From the NCBI GenBank assembly GCA_964016885.1, contig OZ024742.1, positions 222,270,001-222,334,000 of the forward strand: a stretch of 64,000 nucleotides of DNA. Reading direction: 5' to 3'. This document shows, one piece after another, positions 26,032-45,258 of this stretch. The number at the start of each line of letters is the position of its first letter. Positions within the stretch are counted from its first letter, which is position 1. Origin of the DNA: Eledone cirrhosa. Its lineage: Eukaryota. The position numbers and the translations under genes were made by a program. The notes under the pieces are model-generated. The model did no database searches. It saw only the letters and a program-made list of their open reading frames with translations, and was not told the origin of the DNA.

Positions 26032-26506
26032 ATGTGGACACTTTCAAATGAGAGGTTTTGTATATGAATCAGAGTGGGTTGGTATTGAAAAGGTTGAAAT
26101 AGAGATATTTTTTATTATATCGAATCAGAGGCATTGTCAGGTGGGTTGGTATGAAAAGGGTTTAAGTGAATCTGATTTTTGACACTAACCTACTAAATCT
26201 AACATGCATAGCTGAGTGGTTAAGAAGTTCTTTTTGTAATCATGAGGTCCCAGATTTGATCCCACTAGCAGACATCTCAGGCAAGTGTCTTTACCATAAC
26301 CTTAAGTTAACACATGTCTCATGAGTGAAATTGGGCAGGCAGAAACTGTGTGGAAGCCTGTTGGATGAACTCTACTATATGTAATTCAAAAGTCCAGTCT
26401 TGTCACATTAGGTCGTGCTGATTCAGTTTCAGGATTACATTAAAAATACATGTATCTGTGAAATATTCAACCAATTACACTGTACATGATGGATTGTACT
26501 TGTAAT

Positions 26507-26663
26507 TTAACCCTTTAGCATTTACATTTCTCTATATTTACTATTATATTTTCATGGTAAAGGCTTTACCTCACATAAGTATGAGGGGTCAGTTATGGCC
26601 GGTTTGAACAGAAAGAGGTGAGAGAATTGTGACCAGATCCAGGTTTAAATGCTAAAGGGTTAA
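26507..26663. mobile_element. piggyBac-like MITE, internally deleted, nested in a family-B SINE
   Basis: TTAA-CCCTTTAGCATTTA ... TAAATGCTAAAGGG-TTAA; the SINE sequence resumes (GGTCCAGCCTTGTCA) afterwards. Confidence 0.8.
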
Positions 26664-27314
26664 AGGTAAGGTCCAGCCTTGTCATATATTGGGTTACACT
26701 GATTCAATGTGGGAATTACATTAAGAGTACATATGTCTGTATGATATACAACCATTTACACATTAATTCACAAGTTGACCCATTATTACTAGGTGTAAAA
26801 TGAGTCGTCAACATTATGGTATGTTGAAACCCCAGCTGAGAGTGTCTTATATTTCAGATAGACATTCCACACCTAAGGTGAACATTTTTAGTTGGACTCA
26901 TTCTAGCCATTTCTAACTTTATCATACTAAAATAAACATTTTAGTTTTAAAGTGTTTATATTAATCTAAAAGCCCTTCCATCATAATTTTATGTAAGAAC
27001 CTTTGTTAAGTTATGCTCCAAACTAGGGCTGGATTTATCAAGAGGTAGTGGGGCCTCTTCTTTGAACGTGGCTCCCACTTCAAACAGAGCTCCTGACCCT
27101 AAACATAATTTTATCTTTTAGAGAGTATGCTTTTAAAAATATAATTGATCTTGCTTTTGTGCCAATTTATCAAAATTCCTTTACTTTAGCGACACCACTT
27201 GGCGAAAGTAGGGGGAGCTGCTGTATATAGTGTATAATGTATATGTGTGTGTATGTGTGGTTATATGCTTGTGTGTATGTGTACAATAACCATCCCTTTG
27301 CTACCTCCATTATT

Positions 27315-27505
27315 TGTGGATTGGCAGTATCGGTAGAGGGTCGGACGCCATACTTTAACGCATAGAGTTACAGCCCTTTTCATTCTGAGTTCAAATTCCG
27401 CCGAGGTTAACTTTGCCTTTCATCCTTACGGGGTCGATAAAATAAAGTACCAGTAATGCACTGGGTAATCGTTGGCCTTGTGCCAAAAGTAGAAACAATT
27501 ATTTG
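27315..27505 (+). mobile_element. SINE family C with TSD ATTATTTG
   Basis: Full-length body with ATTATTTG on both sides. Confidence 0.88.
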
Positions 27506-27578
27506 ACGTCATAACCTGGAAGTATTGGAAGAAATTCAAATCTTTTCCTCTCTATTCAGTCTCTGCTGCTTCTCTCTC

Positions 27579-27633
<55 letters not shown>

Positions 27634-29685
27634 TCCTGCTTATGTGCGTATAAATTAATCAAAACATAGGCAGTGTGTATTTCATTAATATAGTCATGAA
27701 AGGGTTAAATAAAACAGTTTTATATTCATTAATTTTTCTGTGCTAACTTGGTTGAAATGCTTTTGTTGTTGTTTGTGTTTTTCACAAATGTTTTTAGAGG
27801 AGGTTGTCCTTCTTATCGCTAACCACTTGATTAAAAAGAAGAACTAAGAACCGGTTTAGCTAGTATCGTAAATTGGAGCGAGCAGAGAGAGAGAAAGCTA
27901 TGTGGTTTGTTCTGGGTCATAAGATTGGCTAAAGTAAGGTGTGAAGTATTTGTATATTAACACTTTTGATAACAAACCATCTGAAACCACAATACAACAA
28001 TATTTATTCTGTTCCAAACATCAGTTTGTTGACAACTGATTGAGAATGCCTCTAGAGTCGCTGCAACAGTTGCAGGAACTTGATGATGTAATGGCAGCTT
28101 AATAATGCGAAAGTCTGTTATATTACTAAACCCCTTTAAATTCTTGATTATTTTCAAAATGATTCGAAAATTATAGGCAGCACTTATCATTAGAAATATG
28201 GTAACGAAAGTGTTAATAAAGTTTTAATCTACCCCCCCCCCCCCCTTCAAAACAACTGCATCTCATATACAAATGGACCACAACTTTGGTCAAAATGTTC
28301 TGAAGACTAAGTCTCTACACTTAGCTACCAGAGACTATTCAGACTATATCAAAGATATATTTTGTTACCAAAATACAAATATAATCAAGTATTTGGAAAG
28401 ATTTAGTAAAATAAGTAACTTTCTCATTCTTAAGCTGGTGTTTGAAACATAATGTAACAAAGATTCTTACATGAAATTATAATAGTTTCAAATAAATATA
28501 AACAGCTTAGTATCATAGAACCAAGGTTGATTTCAAGCATTTTGGTATCAAAGGTTTGATATTCACCAGGGAGGTCTGTGTGTGTGTGTGGGTGGGGGTG
28601 GGGGGGGGGGGGGGGGCTATATGGTAGAAAGATTATGTACTGTTAATTAGTATTAGTGATAAGTTATTAGTTTCAAGTAGTTTTAGTTATATCCTACAAT
28701 TACTTTTTTATTATCAGCATTTTGTGTTTCTAAATAATTCATCTTTAGATTTATATGCCACAATCTTGGAAATAACTTCTGTTTATTCTTTTGACAGCAA
28801 AGCATCATCATCATCATGTCTGGTCTAATGTCTTCTTTACTTGTTGCAAACATTGGACCTTTTAACCCTTTAGCATTTAAACCGACCATATCTCAAGCTA
28901 TATTAGGAGACACTTCGTCAAATTGCCATGCAGCAGGACTGAACCCAGAATCATGTGGTTGTGAAGTGAACTCCTTAACCATACAGCCATAGCTGCACCT
29001 ATTAATGAAATTACTCAGTAATCTGCCTTAATTGTGCCACAGTGTTGGGAAAACAGCTGTTTAATTAACTTACTAAGTTTTCTTTTAATTATAATTTGGC
29101 TTCAGCAGCTAAAAACAGGGGTTCTTTATTTATGTGAGGATGTGAAGTAGACTGCAAGTGAGAAGTGTCAATAGTCTCAAACAATTAACTTATTTCAATT
29201 CAGAAAGAAAGAAAAAAAAAAAGAATGATTTTAAAATTGCAGTCTACTATTAAAGTCCTGGACCACATACAACCACATTCTTATAAAGAGTTCTTTGCAT
29301 TACATTTACTCTAATACTGCAAATATTCACAACAATATGTCTACTAGTAAATATTTTATAAACATTTGAATTAACAAACCACATGAAACTGTATTATCTT
29401 AAAGTATAAAACAGCACAATGATTGCATCACATTAAAAATTAAATTTTTTACCTGAATACTGCAAGTTTTCACACTGATCTGTCCACTAGTAAAGATACT
29501 ACAAATATTCGAATTAACAAAGCTTGTTTTTAGATATTGTCTGCTAAATTATTACAGGATGTTAAGTATTAACTCTTAACATGCTGTAATATATTTACTA
29601 TGTTAAGAGTTAACTGCCAACTTAACTCCTTTGATACCAATCCATTTAAAACTGGTTCTGGTTCTCTGAAACAAAACTACCCATT

Positions 29686-29920
29686 TTAACCCTTTAGCAT
29701 TTAAACTGGCCATATTCAGCCAGGATTCTCTCACCTCTTTCTGTTCAAACCGGCCATAACTGGCCACTCATACTGATGTTAAGGTGTTGTTCTCAAAATA
29801 AATAACATAAAAATCTCATAAATTCGATATTATGTGAGATAATTATATGAGGTAAAGCCTTTACTACAAAAATGCAATCGTATATATATATATAGAGTAA
29901 TGTAAATGCTAAAGGGTTAA
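29686..29920. mobile_element. piggyBac-like MITE, opposite orientation to 25821-26031
   Basis: Perfect TTAACCCTTTAGCATTTA / TAAATGCTAAAGGGTTAA ends. Another copy lies at ~52104-52282. Confidence 0.82.
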
Positions 29921-31004
29921 TGATTTTGTATTAACATAAAAACATATGCTAAGATTGGAATTTTTCATTACATATCTGAAACATTCTAAGACAGAATTTA
30001 AATTGAAATCTATACAAATTGTTGAAATTTTGGTAGCCTAGAGTTGCTCAATGTTGGTGTACTACAAAAAAACATTGTAGCATATAATCTGATATGTATG
30101 CTGTGAAATCAACAGGAGAACTGAACAGAAATAGACTCCATGTATATATATTAACAGTAAAAAGTGGCATCTTGACGAAACAATAGTCTAGAGCAGAGAT
30201 CCCAAACCTTTTTGCACGAAAGGGCCACATTAACATTCCAAATTTAGATGAGGGCCACGTATTAGATTATCTTTTCTATGGAAGACAGTTCATGTTTTTA
30301 TGATGACAGACTTACACTTAAAATTGCTATGTCTTCAATCAAAACTCGTTAGACATGCACATTTTTTTCCAAGAAAGTCTTTAGAAATCTGTCACATTAT
30401 CTATATGTTGAAAGACAGAGAAACACATGCACACACACATTTTTGTCTTTTTTTGAAGTTGCATTGATTATATGTTAAATTTTTTTCACACATATATACA
30501 TGAAGTGTGACAGACAAACAGAGAGAGACCAAGAGTCAGAAACAGGTTTCCTTTTAAAATATAGACTAGCTGGCCCCATACCATCAAAAATGACTGCTAA
30601 TTGTAATATCGATACATAATATAAAAAAGAGATGTTTGTTGGTTGGTTGGTTGGTTTGTTGGTTCCTTCATGCTAACTCACACAAGTGATACAAATACAC
30701 AGCTGTGATAAATTTGAGAACACTGGACTTCTATAGTTTCTCAACCCCACCTTCCTCAGTCTTCACATAGATGTGTGCATATGTAATAATTATTTTTTCT
30801 AAGTGTGTCTATTTACATAAATGTTTGTATAGATGTGTGTTTGTAATTCTATTGTCTGTGTATCTTTCTAACTAAACACACACAAACACATAACTATTAT
30901 ATATAAATATAATTTACACAGACACACATATAAACACACACACAAACACATAATCATAACAACCAATGTGTATAGCCAATTCACTATACATGTAGACACG
31001 CAGG

Positions 31005-31305
31005 TGGAGGCACTCCGTCAGTTATGACAACGAGTATTCCAGTTGATCCGATCATTGGAACAGCCTGCTCATAAAATTAACGTGCAAGTGGCTGAGCATT
31101 CCACAGACGCGTATGCTTTACATAGTTCTCAAGGAGATTCAGTGTGATAAGGCTGGTCCTTCAAACTACAGGTTCAACTCGTTTTTGGACTGGAGCAACA
31201 TGAAATAAAGTGTCTTGCTCAAGAACACAACGTGCTGCTGGAAATCAAACTCCTGACCTTACACTTGTGAATTAAATACCCTAACCACAAAGCCACGCGC
31301 CATAT
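31005..31305 (-). mobile_element. SINE family B
   Basis: Aligns with 4705-5055. Confidence 0.72.
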
Positions 31306-31309
31306 AACA

Positions 31310-32400
31310 GAGAAAAACTGAGAATTTCTATAAAACAACCTGCTGGAAGCCATAAATCAGGTCTGCAGCTGGAACAAGGTCCCAGTGATGTGGTGGTGGA
31401 ATGATAAGGTAGATAGAGCCATAAAAACAAAAAGACAAACCTGGGGAAAAGGGGGAGACCGGGAGCAATACCACATAGCTTGAAGAGAGGCCAGGCGCCA
31501 GGTATAGCTAGCAAAGGGAGGCAGAAAAGAAGTTTTCTCATATCCCGTGGTGTGAAGTATTTCAGATTGCAAGACAGTGTGCCAGAGAAAATCATGATAT
31601 AGTTGGGGGAAAAGTTCATTTGAAATGATGGCGAAGCACTTTCCCTATCTGATGCCAAAAAGAAAAAAGCATGGAAGACTTACTATGAGAGGCTGCTCTA
31701 GAGTTGAAAGGCCTAAAAATAAACCTAGCAAAAACAAAAGTCTTAATAAGAAGGAAAAATGATGAGAAGCTGATACCACAGGAAAGTGGCCATGTTTGAT
31801 ATGTCAGAAAGGAGTAGGCAGAAATTCTATAAGGTGCACACAGTGTAATCTATGAACGCACAAGAGGTATAGTGGGATTGCAGGCAGATTAATGGAAAAG
31901 ATAGTCATTGTATGTGGCAGATGCACAGGAGAAGTAAGCACTAAAGCATACGTGAAATAGAATGCTTTAGTTGCCAAGGGGGCTCCATAGAAATTGTCAA
32001 CAGATTTTGTTACCTAAGTAATTTAATTAGCAATGGTAGAGAATGCACTAAATGTGTGATAGCCAGGATCATAATTAACTATTGAAAGAAGTTTAAAAAG
32101 CTGATACCTCTGCTGAGAATAAAAGGCTTCTCTCTCAGAGTGAAGGGTAAACTGTATGGTGACTGCATGCAAACTACAATGCTACATGGCAATGAAACAT
32201 GGCCATGTCCACAGAAGATATGCGAAAGCTGGAAATAAATAAAGTGAGTATGCTCCAATAGATGTGTAATGTTAGTGTGCATGAATGACATGGCACAAGC
32301 GAACTGAGAGAAAAACTTGGCATAAGAGGAATTGGGTGTAGTATGCAAGAGAGAAGACTGTTGGTATAGACATGTGATGCATATGAAAGAGGAAAACTTG
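31310..32400 (+). pseudogene. Decayed RTE-type LINE with Cys-rich PHD-like insertion; RT core deleted
   Basis: KKAWKTYYERLL is joined to LELKGLKINLAKTKVL, followed by GKWPCLICQKGVGRNSIRCTQCNL*THKRYSGI..CGRC, FCYL, and KGKLYGDCMQTTMLHGNETW. Confidence 0.8.
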
Positions 32401-33659
32401 GGACTAGGTAATGAAGACCGACCTTTGGAAATTAAGCAACACAACTGGGATGACAAAGGACTGCGAGGGTTGGCACTATGCTGGTGTAGACACGGCCACA
32501 AGCATACAATGTGACTCAACCCATCCCTGTGTCCCTCACTTCCACTAGTGCACCCTAGCAACTATCCTCATCACCATAGCACATACCTCCATCCATGCCC
32601 CACCAGTACCACTCCTTAGTTATTTCTCTATCACTATCTCCTCTATGCTATTGATCACATCGTACCCCCCCCCCATCCCTACATCCCTTCTCCCTTTATA
32701 CTTTCAGTCACCCCTTACTCATCACCCTATCCAGTTACTATACTTGCCATACCTTCATACCTACCTCCCTTCTCTTCCCTCTCCAACCCCACAGGGCTCT
32801 TTATTTGGGACTATAACCAACTACTTGTCTAGTAATGGTGCCACGAAAATGCACTTGGCACACCCTGTAAGGTGGGTGGCAATAAGAAAGGCACCCTTCT
32901 ATAGAAACCATGCCTAAAGGGTTGAGTGGGTGCCTCAGTTGTGCCAGTGGCACAACAACCTCCCAAGTGTTGGTAATCTACATGATAAAAGCAGCCAGTA
33001 CCCACCTTCAAGTGGCTGGTGATAGAGCATCCAGCCATAGAAAGCTTGCCAAACAAAGGGTTGGGAGGACCCTACAATTGTGTCAAGGACATGACAACCT
33101 CCTTAAAACAAAATGCACTGGAGTGTTATCATGTCCTTCATACAACTAAGGTTCCTCTCTACCTTACATTCTATTTGTTCAACCATCAACCATTTTACAG
33201 AGTGCACTGAGTGTATTTTCTTGTTTGGCAAGGATTCTACAGCTGGATGCTCTTCCTAACACCAAAGACTTTACAGAGGGTATAAGTTGCATATTTCAAG
33301 TCTGAGATAAATTTAAAATTCTATTTTATTTATTTTTAAACAAATATGTTTTAAAAAATATCTAATGCTGTAAAGATGCCATCTTTTTTTTTCTGTTGAT
33401 GTTGAAATTTTAGGTTTTGAATATTAAATCCAAATAGATGACGTTTGTGATTGTAGGAGCCACATGGTGTAATAGTTCTTGTCTGCAGAAGTAGTTTAAA
33501 TAGAGAAAGCAAACCAAATTTTTTAATTCCAAGTCGTATTTCTATAGTTTTATTGACAGATGACTCTTTAAATATGCATTATTGGGAAAAATTCTTGACA
33601 TTTCAAGTTCTTTCTAGCAGGTTTTATATCTGTGTGTATAATATGTTCATAATGTATGT

Positions 33660-33709
<50 letters not shown>

Positions 33710-34139
33710 TTATTTTAATGGTGTCTATTACGATTAAATTGTTACACACATACATATACATGCTAGCATGGAAAGCGGATGTAAAATGATGATGATACAC
33801 ATATCCACTTACTCATTGATACATACATACACACACACACACACACATAAAAACATATACATTCATAAACATATTCACACACACACACTAACACATGCAC
33901 GTATGCATGCACACACACACGCATATGTAATACACCCTGACTAATGATTTGTCACATCATTTAACACACGCAATCCTTCTGGAAGTAACTATCAGTGACA
34001 TTTCATTCAATGAATTTCTTATGAGAATATTATAGCTGTCATTTTGGTCAGACACACACACATACACACACTCACATATCCATGTACACACACATAAAGA
34101 CACCAACTTATTGAAATTTATTTGCTTTGGGGTGGCTAT

Positions 34140-38462
<4,323 letters not shown>

Positions 38463-38735
38463 GGAAATGTCTATCTCTATGTTTGTGTTCCTTTACCATC
38501 TAAAGACTTGTTATTAGTAACCATACAGCCTTGTCCCTTTCAACTTATATATAATGTGTCTGTATATAGGTGTGTGTATACATAACCACACCTATATACA
38601 AAGATTCATTGTGTGTTATAGACCACATATGTGGACAGTAAGGTAAAAAGGTAAATAATAGGGAAAGCAGCTATTAAATGATGATGATGATGACAGGTAT
38701 TTTATTATGTTGCACTGTTCTGGAATCCTATATAT

Positions 38736-41700
38736 GTATATATGGTCATATATAGCCACAGTTGATCTATGATATTACATTTAATGAGGTATATACCCAA
38801 AATTTGATCCCTGATAGTATATGTAATGAAGTATCTAACCACAGTGTATATGGTCATATATAGCCACAGTTGATCTGTGATATTACATTTAATGAGGTAT
38901 ATACCCAAAATTTGATCCCTGATAGTATATGTAATGAAGTATCTAACCACAGTGTATATGGTGATATATAGCCACAGTTGATTTATGATATTACATTTAA
39001 TGAGGTATATACCCAAAATTTGATCCCTGATAGTATATGTAATGAAGTATCTAACCACAGTGTATATGGTCATATATAGCCACAGTTGATCTATGATATT
39101 ACATTTAATGAGGTATATACCCAAAATTTGATCCCTGATAGTATATGTAATGAAGTATCTAACCACAGTGTATATGGTCATATATAGCCACAGTTGATCT
39201 GTGATATTACATTTAATGAGGTATATACCCAAAATTTGATCCCTGATAGTATATGTAATGAAGTATCTAACCACAGTGTATATGGTGATATATAGCCACA
39301 GTTGATTTATGATATTACATTTAATGAGGTATATACCCAAAATTTGATCCCTGATAGTATATGTAATGAAGTATCTAACCACAGTGTATATGGTCATATA
39401 TAGCCACAGTTGATCTGTGATATTACATTTAATGAGGTATATACCCAAAATTTGATCCCTGATAGTATATGTAATGAAGTATCTAACCACAGTGTATATG
39501 GTGATATATAGCCGCAGTTGATTTATGATATTACATTTAATGAGGTATATACCCAAAATTTGATCCCTGATAGTATATGTAATGAAGTATCTAACCACAG
39601 TGTATATGGTCATATATAGCCACAGTTGATCTGTGATATTACATTTAATGAGGTATATACCCAAAATTTGATCCCTGATAGTATATGTAATGAAGTATCT
39701 AACCACAGTGTATATGGTCATATATAGCCACAGTTGATCTGTGATATTACATTTAATGAGGTATATACCCAAAATTTGATCCCTGATAGTATATGTAATG
39801 AAGTATCTAACCACAGTATATATGGTCATATATAGCCACAGTTGATCTATGATATTACATTTAATGAGGTATATACCCAAAATTTGATCCCTGATAGTAT
39901 ATGTAATGAAGTATCTAACCACAGTATATATGGTCATATATAGCCACAGTTGATCTATGATATTACATTTAATGAGGTATATACCCAAAATTTGATCCCT
40001 GATAGTATATATAATGAAGTATCTAACCACAGTGTATATGGTGATATATAGCCACAGTTGATCTGTGATATTACATTTAATGAGGTATAGACCCAAAGTT
40101 TGATCCCTGATAGTATATGTAGTGAAGTATCTAACCACAGTATATATGGTCATATATAGCCACAGTTGATCTATGATATTACATTTAATGAGGTATATAC
40201 CCAAAATTTGATCCCTGATAGTATATATAATGAAGTATCTAACCACAGTGTATATGGTGATGTATAGCCACAGTTGATCTGTGATATTACATTTAATGAG
40301 GTATATACCCAAAATTTGATCCCTGATAGTATATGTAATGAAGTATCTAACCACAGTGTATATGGTCATATATAGCCACAGTTGATCTATGATATTACAT
40401 TTAATGAGGTATATACCCAAAATTTGATCCCTGATAGTATATATAATGAAGTATCTAACCACAGTGTATATGGTGATGTATAGCCACAGTTGATCTGTGA
40501 TATTACAATTAATGAGGTATATACCCAAAGTTTGAACCCTGATAGTATATGTAATGAAGTATCTAACCACAGTGTATATGGTGATGTATAGCCACAGTTG
40601 ATCTGTAATATTATATATAATGAGGTATATACCCAAAATTTGATCCCTGATAGTATATGTAATGAAGTAATCTAATCACAGTGTATATGGTCATATATAG
40701 CCACAGTTGATCTATGATATTATATATAATGAGGTATATACCCAAAGTTTGATCCCTGATAGTATATGTAATGAAGTATCTAATCGCAGTGTATATGGTG
40801 ATATATAGCCACAGTTGATCTGTAATATTATATATAATGAGGTATATACCCAAAATTTGATCCCTGATAGTATATGTAATGAAGTATCTAACCACAGTGT
40901 ATATGGTCATATATAGCCACAGTTGATCTGTAATATTATATATAATGAGGTATATACCCAAAGTTTGATCCCTGATAGTATATATAATGAAGTATCTAAC
41001 CACAGTGTATATGGTGATATATAGCCACAGTTGATCTATGATATTACATTTAATGAGGTATATACCCAAAGTTTGATCCCTGATAGTATATGTAATGAAG
41101 TATCTAATCGCAGTGTATATGGTCATATATAGCCACAGTTGATCTATGATATTATATATAATGAGGTATATACCCAAAGTTTGATCCCTGATAGTATATG
41201 TAATGAAGTATCTAACCACAGTGTATATGGTCATATATAGCCACAGTTGATCTATGATATTATATATAATGAGGTATATACCCAAAGTTTGATCCCTGAT
41301 AGTATATGTAATGAAGTAATCTAATCGCAGTGTATATGGTGATGTATAGCCACAGTTGATCTATTATATTACATTTAATGAGGTATATACCCAAAGTTTG
41401 ATCCCTGATAGTATATATAATGAAGTATCTAACCACAGTGTATATGGTGATATATAGCCACAGTTGATCTGTGATATTACATTTAATGAGGTATATACCC
41501 AAAGTTTGATCCCTGATAGTATATATAATGAAGTATCTAATCGCAGTGTATATGATGATATATAGCCACAGTTGATCTGTAATATTATATATAATGAGGT
41601 ATATACCCAAAGTTTGATCCCTGATAGTATATGTAATGAAGTATCTAACCACAGTGTATATGGTGATGTATAGCCACAGTTGATCTGTAATATTATATAT

Positions 41701-44700
41701 AATGAGGTATATACCCAAAGTTTGATCCCTGATAGTATATATAATGAAGTATCTAACCACAGTGTATATGGTGATGTATAGCCACAGTTGATCTGTGATA
41801 TTATATATAATGAGGTATATACCCAAAGTTTGATCCCTGATAGTATATGTAATGAAGTATCTAACCACAGTGTATATGGTGATATATAGCCACAGTTGAT
41901 CTGTAATATTATATATAATGAGGTATATACCCAAAGTTTGATCCCTGATAGTATATGTAATGAAGTATCTAATTGCAGTGTATATGGTGATGTATAGCCA
42001 CAGTTGATCTATGATATTACATTTAATGAGGTATATACCCAAAGTTTGATCCCTGATAGTATATGTAATGAAGTATCTAATCGCAGTGTATATGGTGATA
42101 TATAGCCACAGTTGATCTGTGATATTACATTTAATGAGGTATATAGCCAAAGTTTGATCCCTGATAGTATATATAATGAAGTATCTAACCACAGTGTATA
42201 TGGTGATATATAGCCACAGTTGATCTGTAATATTATATATAATGAGGTATATACCCAAAATTTGATCCCTGATAGTATATGTAATGAAGTATCTAACCAC
42301 AGTGTATATGGTCATATATAGCCACAGTTGATCTATGATATTATATATAATGAGGTATATACCCAAAGTTTGATCCCTGATAGTATATGTAATGAAGTAA
42401 CTAATCGCAGTGTATATGGTGATATATAGCCACAGTTGATCTGTAATATTATATATAATGAGGTATATACCCAAAATTTGATCCCTGATAGTATATGTAA
42501 TGAAGTATCTAACCACAGTGTATATGGTCATATATAGCCACAGTTGATCTGTAATATTATATATAATGAGGTATATACCCAAAGTTTGATCCCTGATAGT
42601 ATATTTAATGAAGTATCTAACCACAGTGTATATGGTGATATATAGCCACAGTTGATCTATGATATTACATTTAATGAGGTATATACCCAAAGTTTGATCC
42701 CTGATAGTATATGTAATGAAGTATCTAACCACAGTGTATATGGTCATATATAGCCACAGTTGATCTATGATATTACATTTAATGAGGTATATATCCAAAG
42801 TTTGATCCCTGATAGAATATGTAATGAAGTAATCTAATCGCAGTGTATATGGTGATGTATAGCCACAGTTGATCTATTATATTACATTTAATGAGGTATA
42901 TACCCAAAGTTTGATCCCTGATAGTATATGTAATGAAGTATCTAACCACAGTGTATATGGTGATGTATAGCCACAGTTGATCTATTATATTACATTTAAT
43001 GAGGTATATACCCAAAGTTTGATCCCTGATAGTATATATAATGAAGTATCTAACCACAGTGTATATGGTGATATATAGCCACAGTTGATCTGTGATATTA
43101 CATTTAATGAGGTATATACCCAAAGTTTGATCCCTGATAGTATATATAATGAAGTATCTAATCGCAGTGTATATGGTGATATATAGCCACAGTTGATCTG
43201 TAATATTATATATAATGAGGTATATACCCAAAGTTTGATCCCTGATAGTATATGTAATGAAGTATCTAACCACAGTGTATATGGTGATATATAGCCACAG
43301 TTGATCTGTAATATTATATATAATGAGGTATATACCCAAAGTTTGATCCCTGATAGTATATGTAATGAAGTATCTAACCACAGTGTATATGGTGATATAT
43401 AGCCACAGTTGATCTATGATATTATATATAATGAGGTATATACCCAAAGTTTGATCCCTGATAGTATATATAATGAAGTATCTAACCACAGTGTATATGG
43501 TGATGTATAGCCACAGTTGATCTGTGATATTATATATAATGAGGTATATACCCAAAGTTTGATCCCTGATAGTATATGTAATGAAGTATCTAACCACAGT
43601 GTATATGGTGATATATAGCCACAGTTGATCTGTAATATTATATATAATGAGGTATATACCCAAAGTTTGATCCCTGATAGTATATGTAATGAAGTATCTA
43701 ATCGCAGTGTATATGGTGATGTATAGCCACAGTTGATCTATGATATTACATTTAATGAGGTATATACCCAAAGTTTGATCCCTGATAGTATATGTAATGA
43801 AGTATCTAATCGCAGTGTATATGGTGATATATAGCCACAGTTGATCTGTAATATTATATATAATGAGGTATATACCCAAAGTTTGATCCCTGATAGTATA
43901 TATAATGAAGTATCTAACCACAGTGTATATGGTGATATATAGCCACAGTTGATCTCTAATATTATATATAATGAGGTATATACCCAAAGTTTGATCCCTG
44001 ATAGTATATGTAATGAAGTAATCTAATCGCAGTGTATATGGTGATATATAGCCACAGTTGATCTGTAATATTATATATAATGAGGTATATACCCAAAGTT
44101 TGATCCCTGATAGTATATGTAATGAAGTATCTAACCACAGTGTATATGGTGATGTATAGCCACAGTTGATCTATGATATTACATTTAATGAGGTATATAC
44201 CCAAAGTTTGATCCCTGATAGTATATGTAATGAAGTATCTAACCACAGTGTATATGGTGATGTATAGCCACAGTTGATCTGTAATATTATATATAATGAG
44301 GTATATACCTAAAGTTTGATCCCTGATAGTATATGTAATGAAGTATCTAACCACAGTGTATATGGTGATATATGTAGCCACAGTTGATCTATGATATTAC
44401 ATTTAATGAGGTATATACCCAAAGTTTGATCCCTGATAGTATATGTAATGAAGTATCTAACCACAGTGTATATGGTCATATATAGCCACAGTTGATCTAT
44501 GATATTACATTTAATGAGGTATATACCCAAAGTTTGATCCCTGATAGTATATGTAATGAAGTATCTAACCACAGTGTATATGGTCATATATAGCCACAGT
44601 TGATCTGTAATATTATATATAATGAGGTATATACCCAAAGTTTGATCCCTGATAGTATATATAATGAAGTATCTAACCACAGTGTATATGGTGATATATA

Positions 44701-45190
44701 GCCACAGTTGATCTGTAATATTACATTTAATGAGGTATATACCCAAAGTTTGATCCCTGATAGTATATGTAATGAAGTATCTAACCACAGTGTATATGGT
44801 CATATATAGCCACAGTTGATCTATGATATTACATTTAATGAGGTATATACCCAAAGTTTGATCCCTGATAGTATATGTAATGAAGTAATCTAATCGCAGT
44901 GTATATGGTGATGTATAGCGACAGTTGATCTATGATATTATATATAATGAGGTATATACCCAAAGTTTGATCCCTGATAGTATATATAATGAAGTATCTA
45001 ATCGCAGTGTATATGGTGATATATAGCCACAGTTGATCTGTAATATTATATATAATGAGGTATATACCCAAAGTTTGATCCCTGATAGTATATGTAATGA
45101 AGTATCTAATCGCAGTGTATATGGTGATATATAGCCACAGTTGATCTGTGATATTACATTTAATGAGGTATATACCCAAAGGTATATACC
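38736..45190. repeat. 108-bp satellite array, ~60 copies
   Basis: Unit TTGATCTATGATATTACATTTAATGAGGTATATACCCAAAAT-TTGATCCCTGATAGTATATGTAATGAAGTATCTAACCACAGT-GTATATGGTCATATATAGCCACAG. The line phase recurs every 540 bp (5x108), and the minus-strand translation has a 36-aa period. Confidence 0.98.
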
Positions 45191-45258
45191 AGGAAGGGCC
45201 GTAACTCTATACGTCAAAGCATGGCGTCCGACCCTCTACCGATACTGCCAATCCACCG
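45191..45258 (-). mobile_element. 5' head only of a family-C SINE at the satellite border
   Basis: GCATGGCGTCCGACCCTCTACCGATACTGCCAATCCACC matches the family-C head. Confidence 0.85.

Noticed and set aside
25385-27935. Possible small host exons (e.g. 25490-25565 minus, 26793-26818 plus, 27798-27932 plus) and a TGACGTCA site at 27504
   Set aside because: Only generic splice or TF-like motifs, with no recognisable protein; expected by chance in 64 kb.
38736-45190. Satellite as a CRISPR array or hammerhead-bearing (retrozyme) satellite
   Set aside because: There are no unique spacers. CTGATAG...GAAG does not match the CUGANGA...GAAA core, and no stems form.
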